Shown: positions 1-9,270 of the stretch, piece by piece
Layout of the letters: each line of letters opens with the position of its first letter
How positions within the stretch are numbered: position 1 is the first letter of the stretch
NCBI GenBank assembly: GCA_965226655.1
Contig: CBDDDO010000007.1
Location: forward strand, 98,532 to 162,531
Length of the DNA: 64,000 nt
Direction: 5' to 3'
DNA from: Granulicella sp.
GTDB lineage: Bacteria; Acidobacteriota; Terriglobia; Terriglobales; Acidobacteriaceae
Program-made: the position numbers and the translations under genes
Notes under the pieces: generated by a model
The model's input: only the letters and a program-made list of their open reading frames with translations
The model's database searches: none
What the model was told of the DNA's origin: nothing

Positions 1-516
1 CCACAGGCTCAAAAGCCCCGGGCGTGTGTTGTAGCGCTTCCAGGCAATACGCTTCTCGGCAAACTCCTCGCTGGGAGTGATGGGTCGTGGCCCGATGATC
101 GACATGTCTCCCTTGAGAACGTTGAACAGAGTCGGGACTCGATGCAGGAACTTGATCTTGGAAAGAAACGACTTCTTCGGAAAGACCAGAAGATACATGT
201 TGAAATGCGTAGCCCAGCGGCCCAGGCGCACATGCTTAACCACGCCGCCTCCAACCAGCCGTGCCGCCAGAAGGGCAACGACAAGAATCGGGCTCAGCAG
301 GATAAGAGAAAGAGCGGCAATAACGATGTCGGTGAGCCGGCGGAGGGTACTGGCCGTGCGTCGGGCCACGCTCCAGCCTAAGGACTGCCGTAGATGAGCG
401 CGCTTGCGTTGGCGTATGCCGCCCGCCGAAAGTCGCCCGTCCAGTTCCAGCAGAAGCTCTTGCCGAACAGAAGGCGGTTCGATCGGACGCTCGACGTCGT
501 GCCTCTCTACCGGCAT
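1..516 (-). CDS. Bacterial sugar transferase (polyprenyl-phosphate glycosyl-1-phosphate transferase family), partial; the C-terminus runs off the left edge
   Basis: Own minus-strand translation from ATG 516-514: MPVERHDVERPIEPP...TDIVIAALSLILLSPILVVALLAARLV (TM helix)...FLHRVPTLFNVLKGDMSIIGPRPITPSEEFAEKRIAWKRYNTRPGLLSLW. There is no in-frame stop down to base 1, which is why it is missing from the ORF track. VLKGDMSxxGPRP is the family signature. Confidence 0.75.
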   Translation of the reverse strand, partial: MPVERHDVERPIEPPSVRQELLLELDGRLSAGGIRQRKRAHLRQSLGWSVARRTASTLRRLTDIVIAALSLILLSPILVVALLAARLVGGGVVKHVRLGRWATHFNMYLLVFPKKSFLSKIKFLHRVPTLFNVLKGDMSIIGPRPITPSEEFAEKRIAWKRYNTRPGLLSLW

Positions 517-517
517 C

Positions 518-1282
518 TCAATAGGCTCCGCGCCCACTCAGGATAGCTGGAATGGTCTTGAGCAGCAGCGCTATATCGAGAACTATACTGTGGCTGTCGA
601 TGTATTGCACATCCAGCGTTACCTGTTTGTCGAACGCCAGTTCGCTGCGTCCGCTCACCTGCCAGATGCAGGTGAGGCCAGGCTTTACGTCCAACCGTCG
701 ACGATCGGCCAGGGTATAGCGGGCCACTTCCTGCGGCACCGGTGGACGTGGCCCAACCAACGACATGTCTCCGCGCAAAACGCACCACAGCTGAGGAAGC
801 TCATCGATACTCAGCTTGCGGATGAACGCGCCGGTCCTGGTGATTCGTGGATCGCGCTTGAGCTTGAAGGTGACGCCCTCACCGTGTTGATTGACCGCCA
901 GTAGTTGTTCTTTGCGCGCTTCAGCATCCTTCACCATGGAGCGAAACTTCGGGAAGGGAAACGGCTGTCCCCACTGCCCAATGCGGGTCTGTGAAAAGAG
1001 CGGGGATCCGCCATCCTCCATCCATATGGCCAGCGCAACCACCAGAAACACTGGCGAAAGCGCCACCAGGACAATTCCAGACACCACAATATCCATCAAC
1101 CGCTTGATAAATATCGTTCCCGAAACAACAGCGACCCACCCGAACTTCTTGAGCCCGATACGCAGGGATCGGAAGCGGCGGCTGGATGAACGACCCTTCC
1201 CATAGTCGCGATAAAGCTCATCCACCAGAGCTTTCCGGCGCAAGCCACTCTCTCGTTTCCAGTTCACCGTTTCCACGCCCAA
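518..1282 (-). CDS. Bacterial sugar transferase (WbaP/WcaJ-like initiating phosphoglycosyl transferase, small single-TM type)
   Basis: 254-aa ORF. It has a TM helix (IVVSGIVLVALSPVFLVVALAIW), FPFPKFRSM, and DELPQLWCVLRGDMSLVGPRPP. Its stop lies 2 nt before the start of the downstream paralogue. Confidence 0.9.
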   Translation of the reverse strand: MGVETVNWKRESGLRRKALVDELYRDYGKGRSSSRRFRSLRIGLKKFGWVAVVSGTIFIKRLMDIVVSGIVLVALSPVFLVVALAIWMEDGGSPLFSQTRIGQWGQPFPFPKFRSMVKDAEARKEQLLAVNQHGEGVTFKLKRDPRITRTGAFIRKLSIDELPQLWCVLRGDMSLVGPRPPVPQEVARYTLADRRRLDVKPGLTCIWQVSGRSELAFDKQVTLDVQYIDSHSIVLDIALLLKTIPAILSGRGAY

Positions 1283-1667
1283 AACCTCATGCTCGCCACC
1301 TATCGGTCGTACCTGAAACCTGGCTTAAAGTAAGTCGGGGTTTACCCATCGAGCCTCAACTCTTCGGATGGGAAAATGAATACGCCATTTGGGTCATACG
1401 GCAGACGAAACGGGAATGATTCCCAAAGCCTGTCCAAGATGGAGACTAATCTCCGCGTCTGGCTGGCGCAATCTACGGTCGAATCACTCTTTAGTAACAT
1501 CGACCCTGTTACGGAAAACCTTGATCCGAACTACACAGACCCCCAAGGGGTATAGGCAGTGGTTCAAAAGGGGTATCGACCCGCTCTAGTGCCTTTGGTA
1601 AACCTTAGTTGCTTGCTAGAAGAAGAGTATACTTCAGTCAAAACACACGGAGAACTCGAGCAAGGAT

Positions 1668-2027
1668 ATGAGTACGTGGAGCGTAAGTATGAATGTTCTA
1701 AGTTCCCAGGAACAAGGTATTTCTGTTGGTCAGGTCGATTCGAGGATGTTGGACGCGAGCACTGCCGGCGCGTTTCGCGATGCCGTCAAGCCGCTTCTGA
1801 TCCAGGACGCCCGTGTGGTTCTCGATCTTTCAAAGGTTGAGTTTATCGATAGCAGTGGTTTGGGCGCTCTCGTTTCCTGTCTGCGCCAGGCTCATGCCAT
1901 CGGCGGCGACATCAAACTGTTCGGCCTGGGCAAGTCTGCTCGCGCATTGTTTGAACTCGTGCGCATGCATCGCGTGTTTGAGGTCTTCAACGACGAAAAA
2001 GAAGCGATCTCCTCATATCGCTCCTAA
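1668..2027 (+). CDS. STAS-domain protein (anti-sigma factor antagonist, SpoIIAA/RsbV-like)
   Basis: 119-aa ORF with VVLDLSKVEFIDSSGLGALVSCLRQ...GGDIKLFGL...VFEVF, a typical STAS fold signature. Confidence 0.85.
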   Translation: MSTWSVSMNVLSSQEQGISVGQVDSRMLDASTAGAFRDAVKPLLIQDARVVLDLSKVEFIDSSGLGALVSCLRQAHAIGGDIKLFGLGKSARALFELVRMHRVFEVFNDEKEAISSYRS

Positions 2028-2128
2028 CCCCGTTCGCCACTGCCGGGTTCATGATCAAGCAGCGGTAGGCAGCAACAAGAAGCCGGCCTTGCGCGGCAAC
2101 GTATAAGGCCTAAGGCCGGGACGATCCG

Positions 2129-3364
2129 ATGAACCTCACCCAGCGACGCCGGATCGCCTATCTCGTCAGCAAGTACCCGGACTTTTCGCACACCTTCATC
2201 CTGCGAGAAGTCCTTGCACTACGGCAGCGTGGACTTGAAATTGAAGTCGCCTCCATCAACAATGCCCCGGCCCCCGAAAAACTGACCCAGGTAGAGCGCG
2301 AAGAAGCCGCTCACACGTTCTATGTAAAGCGCAGCGGCGCCGAAGGCGTCCTGCGCGCGGCGTGGTGGATGCTCTCCTACAAGCCAGCCGGCCTCCTCCG
2401 CGGGTTGGCCTATGCGTTCAAGCTCGGTCACGAAGACCCGTTCCGCACCGCGCGCTGCTTGTTCTATTACCTTGAAGCGCTGCTGCTCGCCAAGTGGATG
2501 CACGAGCGGTCCATCACCCATCTTCACGTCCACTTCGCCACACCTGCGGCCACAGTCGGCCTGATCCTCACGCACGTCGTTCCTGTCACTTTTTCGATGA
2601 CCGTCCACGGCCCCGACGAGTTCTACGACGTCTCAACCTACTTCCTCGCCGAAAAGATCGAAGCCGCAAAGTTCATCGTCTGCATCAGCTACTTCGCGCA
2701 GAGCCAGCTGATGAAGCTGACCCCTGGTCGCAACTGGAACAAATTCGAGATTGCACGTCTCGGCGTCGACACCTCCCAGTTTTCCCCGCGCCCCTTCCGC
2801 GCATCACCTGCGCCGTTCCAGATTCTCTGCGTGGGCCGCTTGGTTTCTGCCAAAGGCCAGCGCATCCTCATCCAGGCAGTCGATCTGCTCCGCAAAGCAG
2901 GACACAACCTGCAACTTCAACTCGTAGGCGATGGCCCCGATCGCGCCGATCTCGAAACCCTCGTGACCCTGCGAGGATTATCGGGAGCCGTGTCCTTCGC
3001 GGGCACTGTCAACCAGGAAAACATCAAGGCGTTCTATCAGAACGCCGACGCCTTCGCGATCGCCAGCTTTGCCGAAGGCATCCCAGTCGTCCTGATGGAA
3101 GCCATGGCCATGGAGATTCCCTGCGTAGCGACGAGGATCACAGGCATTCCAGAGCTGATCGAGGATGGGGTCGACGGCCTGCTGGTCGCCCCTTCGGACG
3201 TCAAAGGCATGGCTGCCGCCATCGAACGCCTCATCGGCTCGCCAGAGCTGCGCGAGTCGCTCGGCAAGGCCGGCCGCCAACGCGTCCAGCGCGAGTATGA
3301 GCTCGCAACCAGCGCCGACCGTCTCAGCAGCATCTTCGCAGCTAGACTGGAGCGCCCGCAGTGA
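2129..3364 (+). CDS. Glycosyltransferase family 4 (GT-B, RfaB-like)
   Basis: 411-aa ORF. The C-terminal half reads GRLVSAKGQ...LVGDGPDR...FAIASFAEGIPVVLMEAMAMEIPCVATRITGIPELIEDGVDGLLV, with the EX7E-type motif of GT4 enzymes. Confidence 0.9.
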   Translation: MNLTQRRRIAYLVSKYPDFSHTFILREVLALRQRGLEIEVASINNAPAPEKLTQVEREEAAHTFYVKRSGAEGVLRAAWWMLSYKPAGLLRGLAYAFKLGHEDPFRTARCLFYYLEALLLAKWMHERSITHLHVHFATPAATVGLILTHVVPVTFSMTVHGPDEFYDVSTYFLAEKIEAAKFIVCISYFAQSQLMKLTPGRNWNKFEIARLGVDTSQFSPRPFRASPAPFQILCVGRLVSAKGQRILIQAVDLLRKAGHNLQLQLVGDGPDRADLETLVTLRGLSGAVSFAGTVNQENIKAFYQNADAFAIASFAEGIPVVLMEAMAMEIPCVATRITGIPELIEDGVDGLLVAPSDVKGMAAAIERLIGSPELRESLGKAGRQRVQREYELATSADRLSSIFAARLERPQ

Positions 3365-4566
3365 TCCAACAGCTCGAAAAGATTCTGGTCGACGCCTGGA
3401 GTCTTGTTGCTGGAGCAGCCGCTGTCATCTCGCTTCCGGGAACCTTAGAGCTTTTCGGTCTAAGCGCAGCTGCGTTATTCCCAATCAGAAGGCCTCCGTC
3501 AGGTGCAGCACCGGGATCGTGGCGTGTAGCCGTCGTGGTACCCGCGCACAATGAAGCGCTGGGCATCGCATCCTGCGTGCAAAGCCTGCTCTTCGCTGAC
3601 AAAGGCAACATGCAGACCACGGTGTACGTCATCGCCGACAACTGCACGGACAACACGGCAGAGCTCGCTGAGCAGGCCCGCGCTACCGTGCTGCGTCGGG
3701 CCAATGAAATCGAACGCGGCAAAGGCTACGCACTGCACTTCGCGTTCACCGAGCTCGAAGCGACGGCCTTCGACTGTGTCCTCATCGTTGATGCAGACAC
3801 CACCGTCTCCCCAAATCTGATTACCGCTGCCGCCGAAGCCATGCGCAACGGAGCAGCCGGGGTGCAGGTGCAATACCTCGCGCGCAACGCAGACGCTTCC
3901 GCACGCACCCGCCTCCAGGCGCTGGCGATTCGCGCCTTCAACGTGATCCGTCATCGCGGCCGCCAGAACCTCGGCCTCTCCACGGGCATTCTCGGTAACG
4001 GGTTCGGCCTGCGCAGAGACACGCTGGCCGCCGTTCCCTATCTCGCATCCTCTGTAGTAGAAGACCTCGAATACCACCTCGCACTCGTCCGCTCCGGCCG
4101 CAAGATCACCTTCGTCAACGACGCAGCGGTCTTCGGCGAGCTGCCCACCGGCGACAAAGGTGCACAAACGCAGCGCTCCCGCTGGGAAGGCGGCCGCTTC
4201 CGCATGCTCCTCGAACGAGCCCCCGGTCTATTCGTCGACGTCCTCAAGGGCAGGCTCCGCTGCTTTGAGCCGATGATGGAGCTTCTTCTGCTTCCGCTCG
4301 CATTTCATGTAGTGCTGCTTGTCGTAGCAGCATTGTCGCCGCAACACCTCGTCCGCGAAGTCGCACTGGCGGGCATCGCGGGCGTTCTCTTTCATCTGGC
4401 CGTCACGATTGTTGTCGGTAAAGGTGGCTGGCGCGATTTAACCACGCTGGCGAGCGCGCCATTCTATATTCTATGGAAGCTCCTCCTCATACCAAGAATG
4501 TTCCGCAACGCAAGCGCCAAGCACGCTTGGGTGAGAACCACTCGCAACGAAGAGGATCAACCTTGA
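3361..4566 (+). CDS. Membrane-bound glycosyltransferase family 2 (processive-type, QxxRW motif)
   Basis: GTG start overlaps the GT4 stop (GTGA). VVVPAHNE, IVDADT, QRSRWEGG, and C-terminal TM helices. Confidence 0.85.
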   Translation: MIQQLEKILVDAWSLVAGAAAVISLPGTLELFGLSAAALFPIRRPPSGAAPGSWRVAVVVPAHNEALGIASCVQSLLFADKGNMQTTVYVIADNCTDNTAELAEQARATVLRRANEIERGKGYALHFAFTELEATAFDCVLIVDADTTVSPNLITAAAEAMRNGAAGVQVQYLARNADASARTRLQALAIRAFNVIRHRGRQNLGLSTGILGNGFGLRRDTLAAVPYLASSVVEDLEYHLALVRSGRKITFVNDAAVFGELPTGDKGAQTQRSRWEGGRFRMLLERAPGLFVDVLKGRLRCFEPMMELLLLPLAFHVVLLVVAALSPQHLVREVALAGIAGVLFHLAVTIVVGKGGWRDLTTLASAPFYILWKLLLIPRMFRNASAKHAWVRTTRNEEDQP

Positions 4567-6239
4567 AATCCGCACGATACATCGTCCCATTCGTCGTCGC
4601 TTCCAGCCTCTTCGTGGCGCTCCTCCTTCTGTTGATACGGCACGGTTTGCATCAGGACGCGGGCGTCTTCGTCTATCCGCTGGACGACGCATATATCCAC
4701 CTGGCAGTAAGCCGCAACCTCGCGCTGCATGGAGTGTGGGGCATTTCACCCTATGCCTTCTCCGGCGCCTCCTCTTCACCCGGCTGGACGCTGCTGCTGG
4801 CCGGCATCATCCGCGTCGCGGGCGTCCATGTACTCACACCGCTCCTGGCGAACGCTGTAGCGGCAGTGTTGCTTCTGCTTGTAGCCAACTTCGTTCTGGC
4901 CCGTGCGCTGCCGCGCGCAGGCATTGCTTTCCTTACGACGGCCCTCTGCGCAGTGGTGCTGTTAGTGCCGCTTCCCGGGCTGGCGATGGTCGGCATGGAA
5001 CACACACTCCACAGCCTCGCCATGCTCTGCCTGATTGCGCTCGCGGCATGGATCACCAGTCTCCCCAAAAACAAAGCAATCCCGCCAAGTGCAATCGCCG
5101 CGCTCTTGTTGTTGGCTGCAATCAGCGGTGCCGTTCGCTACGAAAGCTGCTTCGGAGTCGGCATCATCATGGCCGTCCTACTTGTGCGGCGCAGGATCGT
5201 CTTAGCGCTTCTGGCTGGCGCGGCTTCGGCCATCGGCCCGGTCTGGTACGGTGTTTACTCCTACCGTCACACAGGCCTCTATCTGCCGTTTTCCGTTCTC
5301 ATGAAGTCCGCCGGGCACGGGACGCACAACTCGCTGGACGGCCTGCTGACCTCCAGCGTCGCTCCCATCCTGCTGCTCATGGCAGTTGCCCTGCTCGTCC
5401 GTCTCGCACAGCGGGAGCTAATCCCTGCATCCGAGCGCGGCCCCTTCTGGACCTACGGACAATCCTTCCTGGTCCTCGTAGTCGGAACGCTGCTGCTCCA
5501 CGATCTAGTCGGCCCAACCGGCTGGCTGATGCGCTATGAGGCATACCTTTATGTTCTGGGAGTCGTAGCGCTCGCGCTCGCCGCGGGTGAGGCCAAAGAG
5601 AGCGCTGCGATGCCGGCCAGCCTGCAAGCTACCGTAAAGTGGGCGGCACTCGCGCTGTTAGTCGCTGTGCTCCCGCTGGGCCTTGAGCTGCTGCACCGCG
5701 CGCATCACGGCTACTCCGACGTTGCAGCCTCCATCCACGACCGCTATGTCGAGCATCTGTCGCAGGCGCAGTTCGTAGGCGCGGATCTACCGCACGACGC
5801 CGTGATCGCAAACGACATCGGCTTCCTTGCGTTCTATGCCCCGGGCGCCAAAATCCTCGATCCCCTCGGCCTCGGAAGCATCGAGCCGGTGCGCCTGCTG
5901 CGCGCCCATCAGGCGATGAACCCCGCCTACATGCAGCAGTGGGCCGCGAAGGAAGACGCAAAGCTCGCCATCCTCCATACCGACTTCCCCGGCATGGACG
6001 CGATGATTCCCACGGGTTGGGTGCTGGTCGAAAGCTGGTGCTTCCCGCACAACCTCGTCTTCCTGAACCACGTAGAAAGCTTCTACGCTCCCGATGCAGC
6101 TGCGGCGGACACGTTACGTGCAAAGCTCGCGGCGTTCCACGGAGTCTCCCCCGAAATCGTGCGCTATCGCTTTCCGCACGATGGAACAACGCCTCCTATG
6201 CCAGCGCGCGGCGAAACCGCGTCCTGCCCAACACCTTAG
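4563..6239 (+). CDS. Large polytopic membrane protein, possibly a GT-C-like glycosyltransferase or polymerase of the polysaccharide locus
   Basis: The ORF track frame opens at 4473, but a TTG at 4563 overlaps the GT2 stop (TTGA) and precedes the first TM helix. About 10 hydrophobic helices. The N-terminal PLDDAYIHLAVSRNLALHGVWG resembles the DDAxI motif of GT-C-type enzymes (from memory). The C-terminal ~200 aa are soluble. Confidence 0.6.
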   Translation: MKSARYIVPFVVASSLFVALLLLLIRHGLHQDAGVFVYPLDDAYIHLAVSRNLALHGVWGISPYAFSGASSSPGWTLLLAGIIRVAGVHVLTPLLANAVAAVLLLLVANFVLARALPRAGIAFLTTALCAVVLLVPLPGLAMVGMEHTLHSLAMLCLIALAAWITSLPKNKAIPPSAIAALLLLAAISGAVRYESCFGVGIIMAVLLVRRRIVLALLAGAASAIGPVWYGVYSYRHTGLYLPFSVLMKSAGHGTHNSLDGLLTSSVAPILLLMAVALLVRLAQRELIPASERGPFWTYGQSFLVLVVGTLLLHDLVGPTGWLMRYEAYLYVLGVVALALAAGEAKESAAMPASLQATVKWAALALLVAVLPLGLELLHRAHHGYSDVAASIHDRYVEHLSQAQFVGADLPHDAVIANDIGFLAFYAPGAKILDPLGLGSIEPVRLLRAHQAMNPAYMQQWAAKEDAKLAILHTDFPGMDAMIPTGWVLVESWCFPHNLVFLNHVESFYAPDAAAADTLRAKLAAFHGVSPEIVRYRFPHDGTTPPMPARGETASCPTP

Positions 6240-6269
6240 TAAAGTTCTGCCGAAGTCTAGCTTTGAAGG

Positions 6270-6324
6270 GGCACGGCTTTAGCCGTGCCGCAAACTGCCT
6301 GCAAACATTGGGGCTTTAGCCCCT
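6270..6324 (+). repeat. Two GGCTTTAGCC mini-hairpins upstream of the cyclase gene
   Basis: GGCACGGCTTTAGCCGTGCC (6270-6289) and GGGGCTTTAGCCCC (6311-6324). Same family as at 51747, in the opposite orientation. Confidence 0.8.
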
Positions 6325-6330
6325 GGGGAA

Positions 6331-8184
6331 GTGGATGCTCGGATCATTCTGACTTGCGCAGAGGTTCCGCAGGAATGCGTCGCAATACGGCGGCGGAATG
6401 AACTAACATACCCACACGTGAGCCCTGCCGAGAACGCATCCGTAATCGACGACGCAACCCTGACGCCGCTGACTGCAGCGCGCCTCTCCGCGCTCCGCCA
6501 CGACCTCCGCACACCCTTCAACCAGATCATCGGCTACGCAGAGATGATCGGCGAAGATGCCGAGGACACCGGCGAAGAGCAGATCAACGAGCGAGCCCTC
6601 GCCGTAGCCGCCGCAGCCCACGGAACGCTGACGCAACTTACCGGCGCTCTCACAGGCGATCCGGAGCAGATTACGCCGGAGCACCTCGCGACCGCCCGCA
6701 AAGAAATGGCCCAACCGCTCGCCGCACTGGAGCAATGCGCCCAAGAACTTCGCTCCGCCGTCGAAACAAGCTCACAGCTTCCAGAAGAGACCGCCGGCAA
6801 TCTCCAACGCATTGAAGGCGCGCTGACGACCCTGCGCTCTCTGATAGACGCGACGAGCGAGTGGCATCTGCATGCCATCGATGTCGTGCCTGCACGAGGA
6901 ATCCGAGTCGTTGCGGTCGCCGTGCCGGCTGTTGTCGAAGAGCCCGCGAGCGAGGTCGTCTTGAAGGTCTCAACGCCTCTCGACGCCCCCAGGCATACCG
7001 GCGCGATGCACGCCACGATCCTCATCGTCGACGACCACATCGAGAACCGCGACCTGCTACGCCAACGCTTAGACCGCGAAGGCTTCACGACGACCGTCGC
7101 AGCGAACGGCCTCGACGCCCTGCAAATCCTCGCCGAAAAACCCATCGACCTCGTCCTGCTCGACGTCCTGATGCCCGGCATGGACGGCATTGAAGTCTTG
7201 CAGCGCATCAAGGCAAGCGACACAATGAAGTCGATCCCCGTCATCATGATCTCCGCGCTCGACGAAATTGAACGTGTCGTCCAGTGCATTGAATCCGGCG
7301 CGGAAGACTACCTCTCAAAGCCCTTCAATCCCGTGCTGCTACGCGCCCGTATCGGCGTCACGCTCGAACGCAAGCGTCTGCGCGACGAAGAAGAGCACCA
7401 GCGTGCGGAGATGAAAGCCACACTCGCCGAGCTAGCGCAGGAACGCAAAAACGCCCACGACCTGCTCCTGAACATCCTGCCCGAAAAGGTCGCTCAGGAT
7501 CTGCAGTCCGGCCACTCCGCTCCGATGTACTTCGAAGACTGCACGATCTGCTTCACGGACTTCGTAGGCTTCACCCTCTCCACCGAAAACATGGCCGCCG
7601 AACTTGTCGTCGAAGAGCTACACACCTTCTTCACTGCATTCGATCTCGTGATGGAACGCTACGGCCTCGAAAAGATGAAGACCATCGGCGACAGCTACAT
7701 GTACGCCAGCGGTCTGCCCAAACGCCATCCGGCCAACCCCGTGAACGCCCTACTGGCCGCTCTCGAACTCCTCCAGGAAACCAAGCGCCTGGCCGAGCGT
7801 CCCGACGCGCCCGGCTGGCGTCTTCGCATCGGCCTCCATACCGGCCCCGTCATCGCCGGCGTCGTCGGCATCCGCAAGTTCGCCTTCGACATCTGGGGCG
7901 ACTCCGTCAACTTCGCCTCGCGCATGGAAAGCTCCGGCTCACCCAACACCATCAACATCTCCGAGCGCACCTACGCCCGCGTCAAAGACTTCTTCCAGTG
8001 CGAGCACCGCGGCAAGATCATGACCAAAGACAAGCGCGAGGTAGACATGTACTTCGTCCGTGGCGTCCAGCCCGACCTCGTCAAAGACGGCACGTTCGCC
8101 GCCTTCGCCCGCCGCTACCGCCTCTACTTCTCCGAAGAACCCCCCTCGTTCCCGGAGTTCCTGCTGGGCGCAAAGGCGGATTGA
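6331..8184 (+). CDS. Multidomain signalling protein: HisKA-like H-box region (no HATPase) + receiver domain + class III adenylate/guanylate cyclase
   Basis: H-box LRHDLRTPFNQIIGYAEMI. REC: ILIVDDHIENRDLL...DLVLLDVLMPGMDGIEVL...PVIMISA...DYLSKPF. Cyclase: CTICFTDFVGFT...KTIGDSYMYASG...RIGLHTGPVIAGVVG...DIWGDSVNFASRMES. GTG start; the exact start is uncertain. Confidence 0.85.
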   Translation: MDARIILTCAEVPQECVAIRRRNELTYPHVSPAENASVIDDATLTPLTAARLSALRHDLRTPFNQIIGYAEMIGEDAEDTGEEQINERALAVAAAAHGTLTQLTGALTGDPEQITPEHLATARKEMAQPLAALEQCAQELRSAVETSSQLPEETAGNLQRIEGALTTLRSLIDATSEWHLHAIDVVPARGIRVVAVAVPAVVEEPASEVVLKVSTPLDAPRHTGAMHATILIVDDHIENRDLLRQRLDREGFTTTVAANGLDALQILAEKPIDLVLLDVLMPGMDGIEVLQRIKASDTMKSIPVIMISALDEIERVVQCIESGAEDYLSKPFNPVLLRARIGVTLERKRLRDEEEHQRAEMKATLAELAQERKNAHDLLLNILPEKVAQDLQSGHSAPMYFEDCTICFTDFVGFTLSTENMAAELVVEELHTFFTAFDLVMERYGLEKMKTIGDSYMYASGLPKRHPANPVNALLAALELLQETKRLAERPDAPGWRLRIGLHTGPVIAGVVGIRKFAFDIWGDSVNFASRMESSGSPNTINISERTYARVKDFFQCEHRGKIMTKDKREVDMYFVRGVQPDLVKDGTFAAFARRYRLYFSEEPPSFPEFLLGAKAD

Positions 8185-8187
8185 GCG

Positions 8188-8508
8188 TCAGGAAGCTTTT
8201 AGCCTTAACTGTACCTCGATTCCTTCCTGGCGCTGCAAATGGGCGATTACGCTAAAAAGGTTTTCCGCGCGAGGATTGCCGTTTGGACCGAACATGCGTT
8301 GAAGGCTTGGCGAAGGAATGTGCGTCATCTGCGAGAGCGCCGGAAAACCGATCGTCGCATTGATGTAATTGCGAAGCATCGCCCGGCCTACCGCGAATTC
8401 ACCGTTGTTGATGAGTTCCAGACCTTCCCGCAGAAGACCACGACGAAAAGCGGGTTCACGTTGAGCACGGGCGAGTATGGTTTCGCGAAAGTCTCTTGTC
8501 AGGGCCAT
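8188..8508 (-). CDS. Addiction-module antidote protein (HigA/XRE-like antitoxin)
   Basis: I take MALTRDFRETILARAQ... as the start, inside the 160-aa ORF. This gives 106 aa ending SLQRMFGPNGNPRAENLFSVIAHL, typical of the antidote family that follows HigB-type killers. It lies 1 nt downstream of the toxin stop. Confidence 0.8.
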   Translation of the reverse strand: MALTRDFRETILARAQREPAFRRGLLREGLELINNGEFAVGRAMLRNYINATIGFPALSQMTHIPSPSLQRMFGPNGNPRAENLFSVIAHLQRQEGIEVQLRLKAS

Positions 8509-8509
8509 G

Positions 8510-8866
8510 TCAGCGTCCTTTTGCCGCAACCTTTTTGCGGCGCTTGTAGTCGTTCCATCGTTCCTGCGCCAACGCGATATCTCGCTGCTGTTTCTTCTTT
8601 GTTCCGCCGCCGAGAAGAAGAATGATTCTCTCGCCGTCCCTCGCAAAATAGATACGGTACTCCGGCCCAAAGTCGATCTTGTACTCGGAAACGCCCTGAC
8701 CCACCGCCTTCATCGAAGATTGATGCCCCATTGCCGTTCGTTCCAAAGCAGTGACAATTTTCAATGCTGCAGCAACATCTAGCGTGTCAGACCATTCAGC
8801 AAATGGACTGACACCGGTCGCGTCTTCATAGGCGCGAAGTTCGACTTCACGGTTGAATAATAACAT
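8510..8866 (-). CDS. Addiction-module killer protein (RelE/HigB superfamily toxin)
   Basis: 118 aa. FAEW...GVSEYKIDFGPEYRIYFARDGERIILLLGGGTKKKQQRDIALAQERW matches the conserved GPGYRvYF...LLxGGdKxxQxxDI pattern of this family. Confidence 0.85.
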   Translation of the reverse strand: MLLFNREVELRAYEDATGVSPFAEWSDTLDVAAALKIVTALERTAMGHQSSMKAVGQGVSEYKIDFGPEYRIYFARDGERIILLLGGGTKKKQQRDIALAQERWNDYKRRKKVAAKGR

Positions 8867-8883
8867 ATACGTTATCTTCTGGT

Positions 8884-9255
8884 TTAGCTCGAAGCTCCTG
8901 GCAGCAGCGCATTAATTTTCTCCAGCAGCCTCACCACATCCACCGGCTTCGTATCATAGTCATCACAACCGGCCGCCAGCGCCGCCGCACGATCGCTCTC
9001 ATTCGCATTCGCCGTCAGCGCAATAATAGGAATCTTCGCCGTAGCAGGATTCGCCCGAATCGCCCGCGTAGCATCCCATCCATTCACAACCGGCAAGCTG
9101 ATATCCATAAGAATAAGGTCCGGCGCCTCCGAAACAGACATGTCAATGGCAAGCTGCCCATCGACCGCCATCGGCACTTCAAACCCACGACGAATCAGCC
9201 GTCGCGACAGCATATCGCGGTTCATTTCATTGTCTTCAACCAGCAGAATCTTCAT
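8884..9255 (-). CDS. Single-domain response regulator (CheY-like receiver)
   Basis: 123 aa. MKILLVEDNEMNRDML...DLILMDISLPVVNGWD...PIIALTANA...DDYDTKP. Confidence 0.9.
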   Translation of the reverse strand: MKILLVEDNEMNRDMLSRRLIRRGFEVPMAVDGQLAIDMSVSEAPDLILMDISLPVVNGWDATRAIRANPATAKIPIIALTANANESDRAAALAAGCDDYDTKPVDVVRLLEKINALLPGASS

Positions 9256-9270
9256 CAGTTGCTCCGGGTG

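Noticed and set aside
4473-4562. ATG at 4473 as the start of the large membrane protein
   Set aside because: It would overlap the GT2 gene by 94 nt and add a basic, non-hydrophobic leader. A TTG at 4563 overlapping the GT2 stop fits translational coupling better. The choice remains uncertain.
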